From the NCBI RefSeq assembly GCF_001194135.2, contig NC_068982.1, positions 173,932,299 through 173,968,160 on the forward strand: DNA of 35,862 nucleotides, read 5' to 3'. Below, one piece after another: positions 13,169-23,895 of this stretch (its first letter is position 1; every line of letters starts with the position of its first letter). The notes under the pieces were generated by a model. It searched no databases, was not told the DNA's origin, and was given only the letters and a program-made list of their open reading frames with translations. The DNA comes from Octopus bimaculoides (Eukaryota). The position numbers and the translations under genes were made by a program.

Positions 13169-13682
13169 CAGGGGTTGGACAAAATAATGGAAACACCTTA
13201 AAATTTCAAACAAATTTTATTTTAATATGGGATAAGACTGCCTTTGGCAGTAATTACAGCTTGAATTCTACGAGGTACGGACTCGTACAAAATTTGAATT
13301 GTTTCCAAAGGAATTTTTGTCCATTTTTCAGCTAAACAGTCTCCAGTTCTTGTAGTGATGATGGTGGAGGATATCGACTCCTTATTTGTTTTTCTAAAAT
13401 GCACCATAAATGTTCAATAATATTGAGATCTGGGGACTATAGTGGCCAGATAAAATGCTTAGTCTTGACTACTAATTCTGCCATGAAGGGAAACCATTGG
13501 GGAAACCATTGGGCCGGCGGATTTCCAAAATATAGCCCCACCAGATCATTACAGATCCTCCATGTTGAACAGTTGGAAGAAGGCAGTCTGGGTCAAATGC
13601 TTCTTTTGGCTGTCCCCACACGTATACTCGGCCGGTAATCGGAAATAAGGTAATGGATGACTCATCCGAGAAAATAACATAT
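13169..13682 (-). mobile_element. Tc1/mariner (Tc1 DD34E-type) transposase remnant with one terminal inverted repeat, internally deleted
   Basis: TA at 13167-13168 followed by TIR-like CAGGGGTTGGACAAAATAATGGAAACACC. Minus strand gives VIFSDES (first D), RVYVW, PTVQHGGSVMIW, WKSAGPMVS...LHGRI, WPL*SPDLNIIEHLW (E) and YESVPRRIQAVITAKG..IPY*. Several stops and frameshifts; the second-D segment is missing. Confidence 0.93.
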
Positions 13683-14725
13683 AGTAGTATATTGTTGATA
13701 GGATAAAGTAACATATTAAAATGCTTTATACCTTCACATCTCAACCCATGAAGACAGTTCTCAAAACTGATATAAATGCTAGATTTTATATATGGTGATC
13801 TCTTGTGTCAACATAATATATACAACATTGACCAAACACAGCCTTACATAAGGTAAGATTTTCATTTAAGGCCAGTAAATGCTTCAACTCTGATAAGACA
13901 CAGACTTCTACAAAGAACAAGAATGACGACCATTATAATATTGTACTACTGTTACACGCACAAGTATGTTCTAAACTATGTACAAAAGAAAGCAATTCAT
14001 CTGATTAGCACATACTCAGTGCTAAAGCGGGTGACAGTGGTGTTGATAATGGTGGTGGTTGTGGCGGTAGTGGCTGTGGTGGTAAATTAGCTTCAGGTAA
14101 GCCCTAATTGAACAGACGTTTGACATGTACATAATCAGTTAAAAGAACAGTGTGCGATCAACAGACAGATTTAGTGCTACAGAGATATCATAGCTCAGTC
14201 TTTTTTATAGAAGAACTCCTAACCTGTGGGAGCCTCTCTCTGCCCAAGCTGGGTTACTTTTTTCTTTCTATGGGCCGCGACCTACTGATATTTAAATTGA
14301 CTATCAACTGTATCCATCTCACCATTCTAGGGGGTCTTTCAAAATTAAATAGACACTCCTTCTCTTCTGTCTAGCCTATAAAAATATACACAAAGAATGA
14401 CATATCAACGCTTCGTGTTTAGAAAAGAACAAATGTGATGATATAAATAATAAAAAAATACACACGGTTAAGAAGTTTTTTTATATCTATTTTTTATATT
14501 TTATTTTTATTTTGACATCTAATGTGTTACAAAATCTTATAAATATCAGTGATAAAGTGTTAATTAAATTCGTGCAAATGTGTTCATGTTCACATAATAC
14601 TCACAATCAGATAAACACACACATACTCTAACACATTTACAGACATATACTTATGTCACTTTGCTTCTATGCATGATTCACACTCTACCTAAGCACATAG
14701 ATTAAAAAAGAAAATTATATTAAAC

Positions 14726-14762
14726 CAAGTACATTTATATATATATATATACATACACACGC

Positions 14763-14826
<64 letters not shown>
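14726..14826. repeat. (TA)n microsatellite
   Basis: Direct reading. Confidence 0.95.
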
Positions 14827-14828
<2 letters not shown>

Positions 14829-15359
14829 TACACACACCCACGTATGTATTTAAATATATATGCATATATAGCCTCATACCTATATACTCAGATATATGTG
14901 TGCATATGTGTATGTATATGCACGTGTCTTTAATGAAATATACTCGCTTTTAAAAATATACAAATATGGAAATATGATATATGAAAACAAAGAGGGTTTC
15001 GCTAAGCTGTGCTCAAGCAGCAGTTAGGATATCTTGATATTGATAATAATACTCGTGAGATTCACTTTTTGGACAGAAATCTTTATGAGTAAAAGTTTTG
15101 AGTGGATGGGGAAGAAAATAATTTTGCTTCAATTTAATTTTCTGAATTCTCCCAAAATATAATGAATTTTTAAGTCAGAAAAATTAACTAATACATAACT
15201 TTATAGATCAGGAATATACCATGATTCATTCCAGTAGTTTTCGACCCTCTGTCCAGAGGGCAATAATTTTTAACCAACCTACGAATCATTTTCGCTTTCA
15301 CATTGGCATAGAGGATACAGAAATTCATCTTGTGAATTTCGGGAAATAAATGCTGTTGG

Positions 15360-15433
<74 letters not shown>

Positions 15434-15570
15434 GGTGNNNNNNNNNNNNNNNNNNNNNNNNNNNNNNNNNNNNNNNNNNNNNNNNNNNNNNNNNNNNNNN
15501 NNNNNNNNNNNNNNNNNTGGTGGGGGCAGTGGTGGTGGTGGTCGTCGTCGTCGTCGTCGTGATGGTGGTG
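15360..15570 (+). repeat. (TAG)n-(GGT)n-gap-(GGT)/(GTC)n compound trinucleotide repeat
   Basis: Direct reading, spans N-gap 15438-15517. Source of the poly-T/P/S/R ORFs. Confidence 0.93.
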
Positions 15571-15911
15571 ATCGTGGTGGTGCCGGTGTTGGTGGTAGCT
15601 TTGTGGCAGTGCTTGTTCCTGTTCGCGTCTTCGTTGTTGTTATTGCTGTTACTGTTGTGAGTTGTCTCTTGTCAGAACTTGGCGAGTAAATACATGTCAA
15701 GAACGTAACCTGTTGGACGACTTGGAAACATAGATACATCTAGTGCTCCAGTTATTCCATGCATTCTTTTTCTTACGAAGGCCATATTGTACAAACTGAC
15801 ATGCAGCAGTTTATAGAATAGAACGCAATGTAGATACCTGGGAATATAACATTTTATTAACTGTTCAGTGTGTTGTTTGTATGTATATATATATATATGC
15901 ATATATGGATA

Positions 15912-16297
15912 CAGGACGTCACCAACTGTGTAAAGACATGAAATACAAAAACAAATGAGTTAAATATGCAGCGTTCACTATTTTCCTCTCGTTCTGGTCT
16001 AACGACCTTCCATGTTTGTTTTCGTTCGGTTTCCTGGTTTTGTCTACACCGTCCTGTTTTTGTTCCCAAATTTGACCCCCCCCCCTCCCCATAAATCCTA
16101 AATTTAATTTTAGAATTTATGCGAATAACTGTCTTTGAAGACTCATATTGTCGTTGAATGCTCGAAATGAGATGAGGAGCAGATAGACAGCCCACAAGTG
16201 ATGAAGTTTTTTTTTCTCTGCGCTTATTTGTCCTGGTTGCGTATTTTACTCGTTTGTTTTCATATTTCTTGTTGTTTACACAGTTGGTGACGTCCTG
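15912..16297. mobile_element. Non-autonomous MITE of the Tc1/mariner superfamily, 386 bp
   Basis: Perfect 25-bp inverted repeat including TA: tacaggacgtcaccaactgtgtaaa (15910-15934) and tttacacagttggtgacgtcctgta (16275-16299). Imperfect extension inward (aaaacaaatgagt vs actcgtttgtttt). TA target duplication; no transposase motif inside. Confidence 0.9.
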
Positions 16298-17964
16298 TAC
16301 ACATATANNNNNNNNNNNNNNNNNNNNNNNNNNNNNNNNNNNNNNNNNNNNNNNNNNNNNNNNNNNNNNNNNNNNNNNNNNNNNNNNNNNNNNNNNNNNN
16401 NNNNNNNNNNNNNNNNNNNNNNNNNNNNNNNNNNNNNNNNNNNNNNNNNNNNNNNNNNNNNNNNNNNNNNNNNNNNNNNNNNNNNNNNNNNNNNNNNNNN
16501 NNNNNNNNNNNNNNNNNNNNNNNNNNNNNNNNNNNNNNNNNNNNNNNNNNNNNNNNNNNNNNNNNNNNNNNNNNNNNNNNNNNNNNNNNNNNNNNNNNNN
16601 NNNNNNNNNNNNNNNNNNNNNNNNNNNNNNNNNNNNNNNNNNNNNNNNNNNNNNNNNNNNNNNNNNNNNNNNNNNNNNNNNNNNNNNNNNNNNNNNNNNN
16701 NNNNNNNNNNNNNNNNNNNNNNNNNNNNNNNNNNNNNNNNNNNNNNNNNNNNNNNNNNNNNNNNNNNNNNNNNNNNNNNNNNNNNNNNNNNNNNNNNNNN
16801 NNNNNNNNNNNNNNNNNNNNNNNTATATACCAAATAAGCAACAAGGATATCCAGAGGTAATGCAGTACGATCGTTTTATTCCTTTTCTATGGAGTTCTGC
16901 CCGACCTGATTATTTTAATTCTTTTCATTATTTTATAATAGTCGTTATTTATTCATTTTTAAAATAAATCTAATTTTTGTACCTCTATAAATTTATGCTT
17001 AGCTTACATATAACAATACCGGTATATTCACTACTAAAAATAAACTGCTTAGATTATAATTAAATTAATATATAGTTAGCATGTTCTTTTACCACAGTAC
17101 TTTTTATTAAATACCAGTACATACCAATTCATCAATATTCACTGATATCATCTGATAAGTTAGTATTTAAGTTTATAATATGTATAAATATTAGACTATT
17201 TCTGGATAATTTCTTTTTCTCCCTCTATTGTGGTAAACGTTTGGTATATACTCAAAAGTATTCATAAAACATTTTATCCTTTTGTTATAATTCTTCTTAA
17301 AAATCCTCTGAATGACCCTAAACTTTAACTTTGTACAATATAGCAGTATTGCCTAAAATATTTAACTATAGTACTACATGATAAGATTTCCCCTGTTTCA
17401 TTATCAATGGTCTGCTAGTGGCCAGCCCCCGTAACTGTAAGCTAACTTCTCGATTTAAGTTTTTCCTTTACCAAATCTCATGATATTACTTAAAATAAAT
17501 CTTGATTTTTATGACTATACCCACTATGATTTTTGTCGACTCCCTCAGCCCTACCCCTAACAGACACTTCTCCCTGTTCTCTCGCCCTTAGATATACAAG
17601 GATTTGATAAAACTAGTCTATAAATTAAAACTGACCCCATAAAACAGTCACAAGCAAAATCTGTAACAAGTCTTTCTTCCTGGTATCTTTGTAGCTTCTA
17701 AGTGGAAGTGAAGGCAGCATATTCTTTGTTTATCTCCTTAACTTCTTGGAGATTTTAGGTAAAATTATGCTAATGTGACATCAGCCTTGATTAAGCCTAT
17801 CTCAGATGAAAGGCATTCCAGTTTTCACCAGACAATTTATGAGAGAAGTTGTTGCTATTTCTAGTACATCGTATGACCATGTATAAGCTCCTTCGTTGGT
17901 TCGGTAGACCATCTTGTTTTGAAATTCATTTCCTCTCAGACTTCTAGAGCTAATATATCTTCAT

Positions 17965-17965
<1 letters not shown>

Positions 17966-18001
<36 letters not shown>
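17966..18001. repeat. Poly(T)36 homopolymer
   Basis: Direct count. Confidence 0.97.
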
Positions 18002-18002
<1 letters not shown>

Positions 18003-18274
18003 ATTGGCAATAGAAGGTGACGAGAGGGAAACGCAGCTGTAGTAGATAATGGAATCACATAGCTTTAATTTTCTCGTACTTAATGATGACCAGGTCTGAC
18101 ACTCATAAATGCTTTCTTCATTTCACTACTTACCTCCAGGAGGATGCGTTTCATAAGGGATTCAAATTAGTTTCGTTATGACAAAGGCATATTTTGAAGG
18201 ATATGGTACAATTTTTTTGGCCCTGCAGCGAGTGTGGGAAGGAATAGTGTTCTAGTAGCGTTCTGTTGTGTTAG

Positions 18275-18379
18275 GTGTCTGTACGTTTGGGTATAACGTG
18301 ACAGTTGTATACATTCCACATCCTGTAACAAGGCAGACTCATTTTGATATACGTATTAATTATCGAGTTGAACAGTCGT
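18275..18379 (+). CDS. Candidate internal coding exon, 105 nt, phase 1-1
   Basis: Acceptor gttctgttgtgttag, donor TCGT|gtaagt. Open frame xVCTFGYNVTVVYIPHPVTRQTHFDIRINYRVEQS, with an NVT sequon. Confidence 0.45.
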
Positions 18380-19386
18380 GTAAGTATCGGCATTTCGAGC
18401 CAATAAGCAGTGACGATGATAAACTGACGTGAATGTTTCTCAAAAGCTACTAAAACTTTATTCCATAAACCTTGAAATAATGACAAGCTAAATGAACTTC
18501 TGATAGAGGTCAAATTCCACCTTTTAAATCTCTATGTAACCTTAAATGTTTTATATCAGTTAGCTTCTAAGCCCCTTGCACTGCCTTTTTTACAATAATT
18601 TATATCTCCAATGATTTGTTTGCGAAAATATTGCGTTCACTAGACAAAAATAAAGAAGATTCGAACTAACTTTGTTCTACCTTCAATTTAACAGCAATAC
18701 ATACACTTCCCGTTATTTCTGTACAGTTTTGATTTATTTCAGCCTGCCCTCTTGTTAGATTTCCGACCAAAATTTAGATTGTGATAAAATCGTGTGGAAA
18801 TAATTAATTGTACAACTTTTTGGCTCAAATTTCATCAGTCCTTTAATTTATGAAAAGGAATTCGATACTTAGAGTGTGAGTTACAAAATACTCCATGATT
18901 TAAGCTATAAAAGAGATTTACGTAAAAAGATGTATTTATCTTTAATGAGTTGGTGCATGTCACCAATATACATGTTTGCTTAAATATGTGTGTGTGTGTG
19001 TGTGTGTGCTATTGTGTGCGTATCTGTGTGTATACAATAAGTGTATGTATATAAATAAATACATACACACTGATATATGACGTGCTTGTACGTATGTACG
19101 CACATGCACACGCACATATTCTATATATTGCAAACTGTAGCTTCGACTATGTCTTTACTTCATGTTTCATGTCAAATGAAATATCACGCATCCTCACATG
19201 AGCACACACACTCGCTGAGCAGCAGTATAGGTTTCTTTTTTTTGCGTAGGACATGACAGTGGGAAGTCGAGATAACGATATATATAAACTATTGAATGTA
19301 AGAAAAAAATATCAATGTTTATTTAAATCATTATACCTTTATATGTTTATTTCCATATTATGCGACCTGATACGTACACTCATAGT

Positions 19387-19762
19387 CTTTTACTTGTTTC
19401 GGTCATTTGATAGCGGCCTTTTAGTCGAAGAAATCCAACCTGAACATATTCTTTGTAAGCCTGATGCTTATTTTATCGGTCTCTTTTTGCCAAACAGCTA
19501 GGTTACGGGGACGTAAACACACCAACATCGGTTGTCAAGCAATGGCGACGGGGACAAACACAGACACAAACACACACACATAAATATATACACATATATA
19601 CGACGGTCTTCTTTCAATTTCCTTCTACCAAATCCACTCACAAGGCTTTGGTCGGCCCGAAGCTATAGCAGAAGGCACTTTCCCAAGGTACCATGCAGCG
19701 AGACTAAACCTGAAACCATGTGGCTTGGTAGCAAGCTACTTACCACACAGCCACGCCTGACG
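19387..19762 (-). mobile_element. tRNA-derived SINE, family A (internal microsatellite), near full length
   Basis: Minus strand: A-box-like tggctgtgtggt, core cttctgctatagcttcgggccgaccaaagccttgtgagtggatttgg, internal (TA/TG)n, 3' part ending gaccgaaacaagtaaaag. A 28-bp core is identical to the copy at 26186-26213. Confidence 0.85.
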
Positions 19763-19781
19763 CTACGTATATGTGTGTGTG

Positions 19782-19816
<35 letters not shown>

Positions 19817-19833
19817 ATATATANNNNNNNNNN

Positions 19834-19875
<42 letters not shown>

Positions 19876-19979
19876 TATGTAAACATACATATGTATACAT
19901 TAGCAGAGATCCCCGGCATGCTCAGTGTTAAAATGGCATTGTTTGTATATATATACATATTACAGTTATGTTGAAACAG

Positions 19980-20648
19980 GTGAGACGGGAAAGTGCAGCA
20001 TTGATGACAAAACGCTTTCGGAGTAAATTTTAAAGCTTTATAGAAACGATAATTTCAGTTCAGCACATCAATGAAAAAAGAATTATAATTTTTATAAGAA
20101 TGGGATGGATCATATTTGAAGGCAGCTCCAGGAGTTATGAAAAACGAATTTCTACGTGGTCTGTTTCTAAGAGTTATTCTTTTGGACCTCTGTGTAATCT
20201 AGCGCGCTAAACGTTGTTTTAATGACTCACCATTAAGTGCTGCATCATGCCTTTGCTGATCTTGGAAAAGTTGCATCGCCCTCCTCTCTTGAAACTCCAT
20301 TTAATGTTCTGCAGCATACCTTTGCTGACTTTGAGAAAGTCTCATCTCACTTCTCTCTTGAGACTCCATCAGACGTGCTGCAGCATGCCTTTATTGATCT
20401 TGAGAAAGTTTCATCTCCCTTCTATCTAGAGACTCTATCTGACGTGCTGAAGCATGCCCTTATTCATCTTGAGAAAGTCTCCTCTCCTTTCTATCTTGAG
20501 ACTCCATCTGAGGTGCTGCAGCATGCCTTTGCTGATCTTGAGAAAGTCTCATGTCCCTTATCTCTTGAGATATTCGCTCTCGGTTTTCTGCAATCCTCCT
20601 TGTTTGATAGGTGTTTCTGGAGAGATTACGTTTTTCATATGGTGGCAT
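19980..20648 (-). mobile_element. Helitron RepHel N-terminal remnant (pseudogene) with STPR-like repeats
   Basis: One minus frame from ATG 20648: MPPYEKRNLSRNTYQTRR, five 23-aa repeats (~ESQERKERRLSQDQQRHAAARQM), AAFKYDPS (20126-20103), then KALKF...CC (20039-19995). These match my recollection of the Helitron AFxYDP and CxxCxALKF...CC motifs. Five in-frame stops, no frameshift. Confidence 0.8.
20237..20570 (+). repeat. 69-bp tandem repeat, ~4.8 copies
   Basis: Units start at 20237, 20306, 20375, 20444 and 20513 (gtgctgcagcatgcctttgctgatcttgagaaagtctc...). Confidence 0.97.
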
Positions 20649-21105
20649 ATATATTTCTTTCAATATTGTAAGCAAAAAATTATGAACATAAAAAAATATA
20701 CATTAATCTCTATTTTTGTAAGCAGTTGTACGTATGTAGTATGTCTGTATTTTTGTAGGCAGTGTAAATTAACCAAATATAAGCACATTGTAAATACGTT
20801 GCAAACTTGCAACTGCCTCGATAATTGTGAACTGGTAATTGTACGGTAGATGGACGTGAACATAGAGCTTACAGTCTCAGTTCATCTAAACGATATATTT
20901 AATCGGCGGATGTGAACGACACATCAGCATTTTTTTTTTTTTTTTTTTAATAAAAGTTTCTATACCTATACCAATTAATTAAATAGGGAAAACGAATTTC
21001 GGATATTTACAAGTAGGAAAATATGGAATATTAACCATAAGTTAGTTAATACAACCACCGTTGTATTAAAGTTGGTAGCATATTTAAACACATATTCTGT
21101 ATCAG

Positions 21106-21123
21106 TTGTTGGCCTCACGAGTG
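21106..21123 (+). CDS. Candidate 18-nt micro-exon, phase 1-1
   Basis: Acceptor catattctgtatcag, donor GTG|gtaagt. Reads (F)VGLTS in frame with 18275-18379 and 25539-25589. Confidence 0.35.
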
Positions 21124-22524
21124 GTAAGTATGCAAACCTACCGAGAACAAACAAGGAGGATAAAAAGAGTTTATTAATCTATGGACGAAAATAAAAAATA
21201 GTAACTGTCTTCAAATGGTGTTGAAAAATACCTTCCAAGGGTTCCACAGCATCAAAATGTTAATCCGGGATGCTTAAAAACACACCAAAATCTATGTGAC
21301 AAATACTCTCTCATGATGCCTAGCAATATCATCTTAATTCATCTAAGCAAGATACTTAATCACAAAGGATACTTAAAGCTTCAATAAAATATCAGGGCTA
21401 CACACCCCACACACACATACACACACATCTCTATGCATGCATGTGTATGAGAGAGGGAGAGAGGAAAAAGGGATTGTGAGGTTTTTTGTATTACACACGT
21501 ACGAAGGTATCCATGTATATATGTATGTGCATGTGTATGAGAGAGAGGTGGGGAAGTATATATATATAAATATATATACATANNNNNNNNNNNNNNNNNN
21601 NNNNNNNNNNNNNNNNNNNNNNNNNNNNNNNNNNNNNNNNNNNNNNNNNNNNNNNNNNNNNNNNNNNNNNNNNNNNNNNNNNNNNNNNNNNNNNNNNNNN
21701 NNNNNNNNNNNNNNNNNNNNNNNNNNNNNNNNNNNNNNNNNNNNNNNNNNNNNNNNNNNNNNNNNNNNNNNNNNNNNNNNNNNNNNNNNNNNNNNNNNNN
21801 NNNNNNNNNNNNNNNNNNNNNNNNNNNNNNNNNNNNNNNNNNNNNNNNNNNNNNNNNNNNNNNNNNNNNNNNNNNNNNNNNNNNNNNNNNNNNNNNNNNN
21901 NNNNNNNNNNNNNNNNNNNNNNNNNTATATATGCATATATATACATATGCATATATTCATACATGTGTGTGAGCGCACGTGTGTGTATGTGTAAGCGCGT
22001 GGTGGAACCAAGAACCAAAACGCATGCCGATGAGACTAGAGTTTTATATGTAATGAATTCCAGTCAACCGTACAACCAGTTACATCACACACCACCCGTG
22101 GATAGGATATTCTAGATTTGTGCTTGTCAATATCGTATATCAATTATATTGAAATCTTAACATCGACTTTATAACTATTCTTTAGGATAATTGCACTTAT
22201 TAAATATCAAATTAAAGTATAATACTTGAGTATGTGAGACAGTAGTCAAATAGCGTATTTGCTAAACGACTGTGAAATTAACTGTGATCCCCATGTGATA
22301 CCAGTTAAATAGTAGAAACTAACACGACTTAACTGCAGGACCGATCTGTCGTGTAATCAGTGATAAGGTCGCCCAAATTGCAATTGATACTCTCCTATAT
22401 TGGTACCTGTAAGTGTTATAACATTTATACCCAATACTTGCATTTAATGCACACACATGTGTGCGTGTGTGTGTACATGTATATATATATATGTGTGTGT
22501 GTTTACATATTTACATAAACGCCA

Positions 22525-22563
<39 letters not shown>

Positions 22564-23179
22564 NNNNNNNNNNNNNNNNNNNNNNNNNNNNNNNNNNNNN
22601 NNNNNNNNNNNNNNNNNNNNNNNNNNNNNNNNNNNNNNNNNNNNNNNNNNNNNNNNNNNNNNNNNNNNNNNNNNNNNNNNNNNNNNNNNNNNNNNNNNNN
22701 NNNNNNNNNNNNNNNNNNNNNNNNNNNNNNNNNNNNNNNNNNNNNNNNNNNNNNNNNNNATATACGCGCACACACACATTGTATTACAGGAAAAAGGACA
22801 ACAAAAACAAAGGCAGGACGAGTATCTCAAGTCATTTATAATTTAATTAGGGTAAGGTGAATTTGAAATCTTACAGCTGTTTCTGGGAAATCCAAAATGA
22901 TAGGCTAGCATGTCTGTTCACTGAGTAATCCGTCACTGGGTATTCCGTACACTGGGTATTTCGTATTTTCTCACTCGTGCTAGGTCACCCAGACGAATTA
23001 CAGGCATGGTGTCTCTTGCAGATCTGACTGAAGAGAATCGGGTGCTTTTGGTGCTAAATTCGAAATCATGATATCAGATTAACTGACATTCGTTCTGCAT
23101 CCTTCGTAACGGTAGACGCTAGTCTTATTCACTGAAATTTCTTTCCTATCATGCCTGTATTAATTTAGTGATTCTTCTA

Positions 23180-23391
23180 AGGCGGCGAGCTGGCAGAAAC
23201 GTTAGCACGACGGGCGAAATACTTAGCAGTATTTCGTCTGTCTTTACGTTCTGAGTTCAAATTCCGCCGAGGTCGACTTTACCTTTCATCCTTTCGGGGT
23301 CGATAAATTAAGTACAAGTTGCGTACTGGGTCGATTTGATCCACTGGTCCCCTTCCCCAAAATTTCGGACCTTGTGCCTGAAGTGGAAAGG
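23180..23391 (+). mobile_element. tRNA-derived SINE, family B, full length with 17-bp TSD
   Basis: A-box-like tggcagaaacg (23191-23201), B-box gttcaaattcc (23255-23265). TSD atttagtgattcttcta at 23163-23179 and 23392-23408. Confidence 0.93.
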
Positions 23392-23478
23392 ATTTAGTGA
23401 TTCTTCTATGGCTTAGGAATATTTCGACTTCTACGTTTAGCGAAGCAGGTGCTTATGTAGTATCCTAATATATATATA

Positions 23479-23895
23479 TTACGGAGACATAAACATACCA
23501 ACCTCGGTTAGTTCAAGTGATGGGGGGGGGGACACAGACACACATAAATAGATATACATACACACACACATATATACATATAGTTTCCGTGTACTAAATC
23601 CACTCACAAGGCTTCTTATTTCTTTATTGCCCACAAGGAGCCAAACATAGAGGAGACAAACAAGGACAGACAAAGGGATTAAGTCGATTACATCGACCCC
23701 AGTGCGTAACTGGTACTTAATTTATCGACCTCGAAAGGATGAAAGGCAAAGTCGACCTCGGCGTAATTTGAACTCAGAACGTAACGGCAGACGAAATACC
23801 GCTGAGCATTTCGTCTGGCGTGCTAACGTTTCTGCCAGCTCGCCGCCTTACCACACATGCATACACAAGCTTCTTACCACACAACGACGCCTGCG

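Noticed and set aside
15188-15739. 183-aa Thr/Pro/Arg-rich ORF resembling a mucin or formin
   Set aside because: Built from (TAG), (GGT) and (GTC) repeats across a gap.
17966-18001. Poly(T) as the tail of a minus-strand processed pseudogene
   Set aside because: No adjacent AATAAA, no clear TSD and no recognisable coding body.
20237-20570. 69-bp repeats as a CRISPR array
   Set aside because: Contiguous degenerate units with no unique spacers, no cas genes, eukaryotic context; explained by a coding repeat.
23180-23270. tRNA gene
   Set aside because: Has A/B-box-like motifs but continues into a SINE core and tail with a TSD; no convincing cloverleaf.
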